DNA of 57,963 nt, filler included, from Jimgerdemannia flammicorona (taxonomy: Eukaryota): assembly GCA_003990765.1 (NCBI GenBank). It is 2 parts of 2 records of this genome, joined end to end, with 100 filler letters (N's around TTAATTAATTAA, not from the genome) between each part and the next. Parts side by side here need not be neighbours in the genome. Positions count along the whole stretch, not along the records: positions 29,042 to 57,963 come from RBNJ01000533.1; 1 more part is not named here. The stretch is one strand, 5' to 3'. The notes beneath the pieces were generated by a model, which saw only the letters and a program-made list of their open reading frames with translations, made no database searches and had not been told where the DNA came from. A program made the translations under genes and the position numbers. Shown one piece after another: positions 48,229 to 57,963 of the stretch; the first letter of the stretch is position 1; each line of letters begins with the position of its first letter.

Positions 48229-51200
48229 ATATATAATAAAGCAAAAGAACTATGTAGTGGTCTAAGATAAAAGAAGACCTGTACTAATTTGTCAAAGAGT
48301 ATAACAAGTGCTAAAAACAGAAACAAGATCAGTAAGACCAAGCACCCAGGTCATCAAAAATTGAGCTTATTCCCTTCTACCACATTATAATGGATATCAT
48401 TGGGCTGCTACTAGTAATACTATCAGGAAACTGCTATATTATAGTTATTGTAGACCTCTTTACCAAGTGGATAGAAGCAGGAGTATTACAAGAAGCCAAT
48501 GCTCTCTCTATAGCCAACTTTCTATACTAAGAAATTATCTGTCACTATAAGATACCAAAGCAAATTACTACAGACTGCAGTACAGAATTTGTCAATAGAT
48601 TCTATGAGACAATGTATCAGAAATACAAGATTCAGTACATCAAGACCACTATATACCACCCTCAAGGAAATAGACAGATAGAGAGAGCCAACAAGACCCT
48701 CAAGAACATCCTGGTGAAGATCTCAGACACATATGAGAATTGGGATAACTACCTCCCAACTGCCCTCTCTGTCTTACAAGATATGATTACAGAGCACACA
48801 CTTTACCCCAAGAGAACTACTCTTCAGAGAAGAAGATTCCAAAGAAACCTCAGCCACAAATCTAGACCTAACTTAGAGATAAGTTGACTTAGAAATCCAG
48901 AGACTATACTAAATCAGGAAGAAGGCTGAAGATTACATCATCAAGTCACAAGCACAGATAAAAAAGAATGTAGAGAAAAATTACAAGATCCTAAAACCCA
49001 TCCAAATCAGAGAAAAGGTTCTACTGTATTGAAATATGGTAGAAGCCTTATGGTCATAAAAACTGAAGCTCAAATAGAAAGGACCCTTCTATATGCAAGA
49101 TATCAAGAGAACTACCTTCTGGCTTAAAAAACTCTCAGAGACCATACTACCTACTACAGTGCACAGGAACAGACTCAAGAAGTACCACAAACCTATATAA
49201 GAGAAGAAAAACATGATAACTGCCCATGAGGTTCTAGTTCATAAATTGTAATAGCATGTTCTGTGATCAGCAGGTAATCTATCTGGTCCATTCTCTAAGA
49301 AATATAGCACTAGCAACTACTCATCTGTGAGACTTTTGAAGTCAGAGAAGTTCAAACCATCAATTGATTGGTCAAGATCAGAATCAGGCCCTTGCTCTAT
49401 ATGAAGAGAGTGACTCTTCACCATCACACCAAAATATATAGAGAAGACACTAGTCCATAAACACTACTTTTCAACCCTCTGCCAGAGATTATGAGATCAA
49501 CAAATTTTTCAAGACTGGATCAATAAATAAGGACATTCAAGAAGATCCTTATTTAGAAAGAAGATATAATGGTGACCTCAGAATGATGACATCAGCACAG
49601 GAGACAGTCTTTCCTTACAAGCCACTAGATTGGAGCACAAGAAGATTATATGGCATGACTCACCCAGGTTACAAGATGAGCAATGATGACCAACTATAAG
49701 TTATTAGAACTATAAGACAGATAGCTCAAGAAATATAAAAGAAGGATTAAGAAACTACAGTAGCAGTAACTCAACAAGACTCACTAATTCCAAAATAGCT
49801 CAAAGACTTACCACAAACAAAATATCTACTGTTTTCCAAACCTCAAGATCAAGGAACCACCAAGGCTCCTCAGTTCAGGAAAGGATATTTCAAGATATAT
49901 GAAGAGCCATAAGGACTCACACTACAAGGACTCCTAGTGTCAACCTGGGTACTGGTGACTCTTATTATAATATTCTCTTGATAGAAACAAGAATCACTAT
50001 TGCTACCAAATATCTCTAGATGTGGTAAGAATATGAAATAGGAAACCTCCTCTGCTGGGAATTCTCTCAAGCCAGCCCTCAAGAGCTATAAGATACTACT
50101 CCCATGGATATATATGAAATAAGAACAGCCAAGAAGATTCATCAGATCTTTAGGTATATACTATAGTCAATCTCCAACTTAGAGTATATCAGAGTCTCAG
50201 ACTTCAGAGATCTGTCAGCCCACTGTATCAATGCACTAGAAGCCATAGTGGTTACAGAAGCCAATAGTGATAAGGTAGAAGAGTTCTGATATCCCATTCT
50301 TCAGGACAACCTAGATCAATTCCTACAAGAATTGATTTCAGTATTCTAAGGCCCAAGCATTCAGATTAGACCTCTCTAAGACCCCACATTTGTTCCTTAT
50401 TTTGTAGAAGAGAACCTTATAGACTGAAGAGCCCTGGATCTCCTTGCTCTCTCTACCACCAAATGTGATGATGTCATTGGCAATGATATCATCTCATGTG
50501 ATATATGCAAAATACATGACAAAGTATGTGAAATGGACAAAACATTTGCAGATCTCATCTTCTTTGAGAAGAGCAATGAGGACAAAGCCCCCATAGTCCT
50601 GAACTTTTTGCTCTGAGTTCTTGGTGATACTGAACTCTACTAGCATTCTTTTTCTGTGTAACAGTTAATCCTTTCACTGGCATTCTGATCTTGTGTAATC
50701 TGAATTCTTCCAGCATCCTTTTCCTGTACTATCAAAATTCTATCAGTACTCTGAACTTGTACAACTATCTATACTAATACTGGAATCTGTACTGACAACT
50801 GTAGTTTTCTGTGTTCCAGTATTTTATTTGGTTATTGGAATTTATATTTAGCTTTATATCTTAGCAACTATTGAATTATATTTTGTATAAATACCCCTTT
50901 TATTTTCTTTGAAATAAAGTCAGTTCCAGTTTACTTACTCTCAATTTCATACAAGCAATCTAAGAAATAATAAGACAGTTTAAAGATAAGAAGTTTGAGA
51001 ATTATAAGACCTTAGGAAGGTACTTCAATAAGAACTTGCTTATAACAAACTTGAGATTAGTCTAAGAGATATACCTTGGAGAGAATCTGATGTATTTGAA
51101 GGACTCAGTGACCACTACATGATAATATTTAATGATTTATTCTACTATTCCTATTTATAACTTTCTAATGGATATATTGGAGGATAATGATCAAGAAATT

Positions 51201-52389
51201 CAAAAACATATAAAAGAGCTAAATATTATTCATCTAATACTAACTATAGCTATTATTAAGTTAAAGATATATTATTCAATAACAAATACTCTAATTTATT
51301 ATATTGGTACTAATAAGTAAATATTTCAAAATTTACTTGATATTAGAGATAATATAAATCTATTTCAAAATTTGCTTGATATTAGAAATAGTATAAATTA
51401 CTTATTAGCTATGTACTACTAATTTATTTTAAATTTATTTTATTTTATTTTTTTATAAAAACTAGTACTTGATCTCAGGCTTAAGTTAGAATATTATTTA
51501 TTACATAATTGGGAAGATATTTAGATTGAAGAGACTAAAGACAAACTTTATATAGTTTATAATAAAAACTATATACCTCTATCTAAATTAATTAATCAAA
51601 TAAGTTCTGAAGACTATAAAGAAGTAGGAGATAATATCATTGTTATACTATATGAACATATATTCAACAAAAAACAAAAACTGATAACAAATTCTAAGCA
51701 GAAGGTAGATGCTTATTTGAAAAGTAAAACTGTTAAATTTAAAGCAGAAGTTGATATATTATTTTAGTGATAAGTGAGTTGGGAATTTATATTCAAATTA
51801 GATCAATTCAAATATTATTTGAGTTTTTCTAATTGATTTAATTGATTGGGAATATTAGGGCTATAGTGGAGATTTTCTAAATTTAACAAAAATAGCATAT
51901 GACTACTTAGCTTTTCCAGTAATAAGTACTCTAATTGAGAGAGGTTTTTCATATAATAAAGATCTTATAGTAGCTAAAAGAGATACTTTAGACTCTGAAA
52001 CAATTTGTGAATATATATATTTAAAAGTACAGTAATCAGTCTAGTATTCCAATAATAATAGCCAATTCCAAATCTTGAAATATAGTTAAATTTCAAAATA
52101 CTAAATGAATATAGTACTTAGATATATATTATACAGGTATGACTCAGAACTTATAGATATACTATATCTGAATATATATCTAATTGTTATATTCAAATAT
52201 AATTTTTGTTATTTCCAGCTTCAATGAGATGAGTGAGATATTATTATATCTATCCAGAAGTACTAGGGATTAATGATAAGTAGTATGAATTACATAATAT
52301 ATAAAATTTCAAATATATTCAAAGCTTAAGGATATATATTATATATATATACTTAGTCACTATATCTGAAATACTTATATATACTTGTA

Positions 52390-53000
52390 AGCTCATAAGC
52401 CTATAATTCTACAAGTAACAAGTATAAGTTGAGAGCTTTGAATATTACAATAAGCATAAGGCTACAATTCTATAAGTAATAAGTATAAGCTAAGAGCTTT
52501 GAATATTACAATAAGTATAAGCCTATAATCCTATAATCAATAAGCATAAGCTGAGAACTTTAAATATTACATATAATAAATATAAACTTACAATTCTATG
52601 AGCAATAAAAGTCTATAAGTCTACAATCCTTTAAGCAATAAGTATAAGCCAAGAGCTTCAAATATTGCAATAAGTAAAAGTCTGTAATCTTATAAGTAAT
52701 AAGTATAAATAGAGAGTTTCAAATATTACAACTAGAGTAATAAGCATAAGCTAAGAGCTTTGAATATTGTAATAAGTATAAGCCTACAATTCTGTAAGCA
52801 ATAAGTATAAGCTGAGAGCTTCAAATATTACAACAAGTATAGTCTACAATTCTATAAGTAATAAAAGCCTACAAGTCTGCAATTCTGCAAGCAATAAGTA
52901 TAAGTTAAGAGCTTTAAATATTGCAATAAGCATAAGTCTGTAATCTCATAAGTAATAAACATAAGCCAAGAGCTTCAGATATTATAATAAGTATAAGTAA
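52390..53000. repeat. ~60-bp tandem repeat array
   Basis: About 9-10 degenerate units of ataagcataagcctacaattctacaagcaataagtataagctgagagcttcaaatattgca. Confidence 0.8.
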
Positions 53001-53324
53001 AATATATATAAATAAGCTAGCTTTAATAATAAAAAACAAACTAAAAACCAAAAATTAAAAAATAACCTCACCTTATAAAAAACTTCAATTCTATATTGAT
53101 CATCTTTCTGAAGTCTTTGAGGATATAAACAATGCTATTAATAAGATTGTCATCTGATTGGATGATGAAGAACTCAAGACTAATGATGAATGCAAGAAGA
53201 AAAAGAAGAAGATTAAAGAATAATTAAGCAATTCATCTCAAGGATTACATCTGAAGCTACTTTCTCAGATGACTCCTGAAGCCTCCACTCCTGAGGCCTC
53301 TGAAGCTTCTGAAGATGCCACTTA

Positions 53325-53640
53325 AGCCCAAGCCATTACTCAAGCTCAAGCTACTGTTACTCTAGGCCAAGCTACTATCTAAGCCCAAGCTGTTACCCAA
53401 GCTATCACCCAAGCTTAAGCTACTATCTAAGCCCAAGCTACTGCCCAAGTCCAAGCTACTGTTCAAGCCACCACTCAAGTCCAAGCCACCACTCAAGCCC
53501 AAGCTACTACCCAAGCCCAAGCTACTGTCTAAGCCCAAGCTATCACCTAAGCCCAGTTCAAGTCATCACTTAAGCTCAAGTCACTATCTAAGTCTAAGCT
53601 ACTGCCCAAGCTCAAGCCACTATTCAAGCTACTACCTATC
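53325..53640 (+). repeat. 18-bp repeat caagcccaagctactgcc (decayed QAQATx coding repeat)
   Basis: Periodic units with frequent CAA>TAA changes. Confidence 0.7.
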
Positions 53641-53989
53641 TAAAAACTAAAGGTTGATCTTATATAAGCTGTAATAATTATAGAGAATATAGAAAACTAT
53701 ATTATACTCTTCTCAAAATCTATCAATAACTCAATCTATTGATCTCTGATCTTCTGCTGAAAAAGAGGTCATATAATAATGCTTGCTGGACAGCTGCTAC
53801 TATGGCCAAGTATGGCTGAGATCAGGACCAGGATCAGAGTTATATATGTATATATATAAGAATTTCAAAAATATATATTAGTTATGTATAAATTTTAGTT
53901 AGATATAAATTTCAGTTATGTGTTCATATATAAATTTCAAGTGATATATCTTTTAAATAATGAACTAATTATCTCATAAGCTACTAAGA

Positions 53990-54177
53990 ATCTTGAATTG
54001 ATATTCAATTCAATTTAACTAACTCAAATTAGACTCTTAATTTAATTTAAATTGAATTAAATCAGATTTTAATTTAATTTGAATTAAATCAAATCAGACC
54101 CCAATTCAATTTGATTTGATTTAAATCAATCCCAATTTGATTTGATTCAAATTGATTTAATTCATTTAAGAGTACTA
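53990..54177. mobile_element. hAT right end (subterminal repeats + TIR)
   Basis: tcatttaagagtacta is a decayed form of the MITE end tcatttgggagcacta. Confidence 0.65.
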
Positions 54178-54889
54178 ATTAAAGTTATGAGAGACTTATT
54201 TTTACTATATATTGACTAAATTTCTTATAATTTAGATTTAAAGAGATATATTTTTTTAGATTTATATATATATTAGTTCTTAGTTCTGATAGAAGTTAGC
54301 TAGACTTCTAGAGTTTGGTCAGAAATACTAGAATAACTTAGAGTTCATTACTAAGAAACTCAGAGAAGTATGGTTAAAGGAGAATTTATACTTGACTAAG
54401 AGCTAGTTTATTTCAAATACAATTGCTGAGATATTTATATATATTGGCTAAGTAATATTTTATAGATTTCTAGCTATCTGTGTATAACTAATTGAGTATA
54501 TAACTACTTTAGTTATTTGTTTACAAAAGGAATATTCTTTATATTTAGGATAATTACTTTTAATAATATATTAGTTAAGTAATATTATTACTGTAGCTCT
54601 GATGCAGACTTTAGTATTTAGGGAATTTGGTATCTTATTTTCTATATTTGTCTTATTTATTTTATTCATCTTATTCACATATTACTTATTCATAATATTA
54701 TTACTTACCAGATCAGTGATCACTATTTGTAGTATATTATAGATATAATTCTTATTATATTTCTCTCTCTTTAGAAATCAATATATATATTGATTTTTGT
54801 TTATTTATCTTAAAGTTAAGGACTAAAGGAATAATATTCTCATTCTCATCATCAGCATCACTCTGATTAGTATAAAGATTAGTAGAGAT

Positions 54890-55052
54890 TAGTACTTCTA
54901 AATAAATTAAATCAATTCAAATCAAATTGAATTAAGAGTCATTTGAATCAAATTGAATTGAAGATTTTTCAATTTGAATTAAGTTTGAATTGAGGGTTCT
55001 AATCAAATCTTGAATTGAATTAGACCTTTGATTTGATTCATTGGAAGTATTA
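54890..55052. mobile_element. Short hAT MITE
   Basis: Decayed tagtgctcc-type TIRs and an exact 8-bp TSD gtagagat. Confidence 0.85.
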
Positions 55053-55071
55053 GTAGAGATATTAATATCAA

Positions 55072-55113
<42 letters not shown>

Positions 55114-55293
55114 ATATTAATATTAAGAGCAGAGAAATCAATAAGGTCTACAAATAGTTCTTATTGGTCTAGAGTTATGGAGTTCTCTTGCTAGTCTGAG
55201 ATTATTTGGGATAGGGTTAGAGATCACTATCTAATATAGTTGATATTATCTATATAGGAGACTTGATCTTCATTACTTGGGATATCTATTTGC

Positions 55294-57233
55294 TATGATG
55301 GCTGATCTAAATTAGTAATATGAAACAGAGGAATTAGACATTTGATTGTAGTACCTGAATCCAATTCCCAAAATAGCTTAGCCTTATAAATAGCAGTCAT
55401 ATTCTGCAAAGTATAGAAACTTTAACATTTGCAAAGATTTAGGAGATGTTAGAATGTTTGCAATTAGTGCAATCCTAGCAGATGTTAAAAAATTCAATAC
55501 TTATGAAATGACTCATAACTTAGCCACCTTATAAGAAAGCAAAACTTGTATAAATAACCCAGCATCTTAGAGTGAATAAACCTCAGATCAAAATAGTTCA
55601 AAGCAACAAGAAAGCAAAGAAACTAGTAGGCCTACAGGCAGATACACTTCGAACTCACCCACCCCTGCAACCCTGAGGACTCTATGAGAGTCAGAACAAG
55701 TCAAGTTTCAAGATACAGAAATCCAACATATTTCAAAGATTAAGCATCCACTACATTACAACTTGGTGTCCATTAACTGGTGATTTAAGATGAATCTCTC
55801 ACTTTCAAGCTGAACAATGAACAACTGCCACCACTCAAACAACCATACAAACCAAGTCAAGATATCTAGATAAGATAGATATGAGACCACCAGTATTCCA
55901 CAGATATACCTCAGATGAATCAATCATTACCTTCATTGATGATTTCAAGCAGTATACCACTATAAGGATCCTAACAGCAGTACAGCAAGTAGTCCTCATG
56001 CTCTTCAGCCTACAAGGTCCTGCCAGAGCAGCATTCATAGCCACAATCTATACAGGAAATGATGCTGATGCCATACTGACAGTATAGAAGATCTGGCTCT
56101 GAAATACCTATTATACAGATGAGATCAAGCAAGCTCTGAAGGACCAGCTCAACACAACATATTAAGGGATAAGTGAGGATCCAAACACATTCTACACCAG
56201 AATCTGATATCAGATAATTCTTGCAGATTATGCTGATGCTATCTGAGATTAAGTAGCTAAAGTAACCTTTATGAAAGGAGTTCACCCAGAAATAGCTATG
56301 GTCATTCACTTATCATTAGTAGTTCTGGATCTACTACAGAAGGTTACCTATACTTAGTGATATTGGATAGCCAGACATCCACAAGACCACACAATGGAAA
56401 GAGTCACTGGAGTTAGAATCAAAGTACCTAAGGCAACCAGCATGATCCCTACTACAATGATCAATCAAAACACATCTCAGCTAAGAGCTACAGAGTAGCA
56501 GAGAAACAGTGACCCTATAGAGGAGCTTGCCAAACAGTTCACTGAAATGACTGCCCACCTAGAAGATATAGTGAAGGAAATCAGAGGAAGAGACCACTAT
56601 CTAGTTCAGAAGTTTGCTGCCACTGCAGACAAGAAGAAAAATATCTACTATACCTGCAGAGAAGAAGGCCACTACTCCTACAAGTGCATGAGTGAAACTA
56701 AGTACAAAGCTCAACTAAGTAATGCCACATAAAATAAGGAGCAGGCCAATATAATTATCTTTGAAGAAATTAGAGAATCTGATAAAAAGAAATAGGAGGC
56801 ATATTCTGCCCAGACCACTAAGAAATATGTCTACAAAGAACTCTACAAGAGACTGCCAGAAAGACTTAAGAAGAACCCAGTGGAAAAATAGATGGAAACT
56901 GCTATAGAGAGCCAAGCTGAAGAAATAGACCAAGATATAGAACTGGAACAAGCAGTTCAAGATATTATCTGAGAAACCACTCTAGCCAATAAGAGAGAAA
57001 AAGAAAAGAAGCTTTGCAAGACCAAGATCTTCAAGTATGATATTTTCAAGGACCTCAGCCAACAAAAGGTCAATGCAACCTTTGGTCAGCTTACAGAAAT
57101 CCTAACATTCAAACAGCAAATGAGGTTTGGACTTGCCAAAACAACTAAAGAACAAGGATAAAAGATAACTGAGGCCAATAATGTTCAAGAGGACTCAGGA
57201 AAAGAAAGTGAAGACAACTGTGAGACCTCTGCC
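55294..57233 (+). mobile_element. Family A-related element: 5' LTR (55294-55760), PBS and decayed gag; interrupted at 57234
   Basis: Collinear with 8394-10332 and with the same 467-bp LTR length. The U3 part is diverged. Confidence 0.88.
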
Positions 57234-57963
57234 TAGTGCTCCGCAAACCCGACCCAATTAACCCGAAACCCGACCTGTAAAACAGCCAACCCGGAATTAG
57301 ACATCACCCATCTTTAACCTGACCCGGAATAATATGTCACCCGTCTTTAACCCGACCCGGAATAATACGTCACCCATCTTTAACCCAACCCAGAATTTTA
57401 CGTCACCCATCTTTAACCCGACCTGGAAACATACATCACCCATCTTTAACCCAACCTGAGAAATATACGTGACCCGACCCGAGAAATATACGTGACCCGA
57501 CCCGAGAAATATACATGACCCGACCCTGACCCGTATTTAACCCGACACAGACCCGTCTTTAATCCGCCTTTAAGCTACAAGGCACCAAAAAAAATATATT
57601 GCACATCTAAGATATATATTTAGAATAAACAAACAGAAACATAATTAGGAATCAGAAATCAAAATGAAATCGGAAATAAATAGGAAGTAAATCAGGAAAA
57701 TAAAGAACTTACCAGTGTGAACAGATCTTACTCTTCATCGCTATAAACCAACTGATCCTCCTCTTCATCGCTATAAACCAACTGATCCTCCTCCTTCTCA
57801 TATTCTGAACCATCTTCCTCCATATATTCCGAACCACTTTCCTCTATATCCTCCTCCTCCATATCCTCCTCTGGGCTGACCTCCTCTACGCCAACCTCCA
57901 TTTCGTCCTCTGCGCCGACCTCCCCATGTTCCTCTGCGCCGACCTCCCCCGCGCCGACCTCCC
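57234..57963. mobile_element. Younger hAT-like element end with aacccgacccg subterminal repeats; acidic ORF C-terminus on the minus strand (stop 57728-57730)
   Basis: Starts tagtgctcc like the other hAT TIRs, has ~33-bp tandem units and retains CpG. The other end is outside the window. Confidence 0.65.

Larger units (their letters stand above)
33659..51124 (+). mobile_element. Ty3/Gypsy family B element with ~1.6-kb LTRs (33659-35246, 49565-51124), carrying a nested inverted family B element
   Basis: Paired LTRs, decayed PBS at 35247, PPT before 49565, TSD ATAT. gag-PR-dUTPase-RT-RH-IN remnants at 35366-39607 and 48229-49200. Confidence 0.92.
33070..52035 (+). pseudogene. Decayed hAT transposase split by the family B insertion (parts 33070-33658 and 51125-52035)
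   Basis: Transition-decayed DNxSN, HIINLVVQD, DxKTRWNST-like, TIPIYNFLMD, LDPRxK-like and dimerisation-domain (DYLAFP.TS..IERGFS) motifs. Confidence 0.8.

Noticed and set aside
52390..53000. CRISPR-like periodic array
   Set aside because: No unique spacers, degenerate tandem units, eukaryotic context and no cas genes.
57245..57560. taaccc-containing repeats as telomeric sequence
   Set aside because: They are embedded in 22-33-bp units next to a hAT-type TIR, not tandem hexamers.

Overview
Eukaryotic, intron-containing DNA. The gene set and repeat load suggest an early-diverging fungus, probably Mucoromycota (inference). The window is two contigs joined by an artificial N-TTAATTAATTAA-N linker at 28942-29041. 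A CpG-rich gene island (19.9-28.9 kb) carries cullin-3, a MESH1/HDDC3-type HD hydrolase and a probable RRN6/TAF1C-like gene. Almost everything else is nested, transition-decayed mobile DNA. (i) Two endonuclease-less Penelope-like retroelements form a 7.2-kb head-to-head palindrome centred on a structured, IR-bounded ~200-bp cassette. (ii) There are three LTR families; A and B are dUTPase-bearing Ty3/Gypsy elements, and C is seen only as LTRs. (iii) There are hAT transposons and MITEs. Best leads: a homologous accessory protein shared by all three LTR families, which in two of them sits inside the LTR as an apparently self-contained gene; a conserved out-of-frame integrase ORF; and a possible programmed fold-back mechanism in the Penelope-like element.
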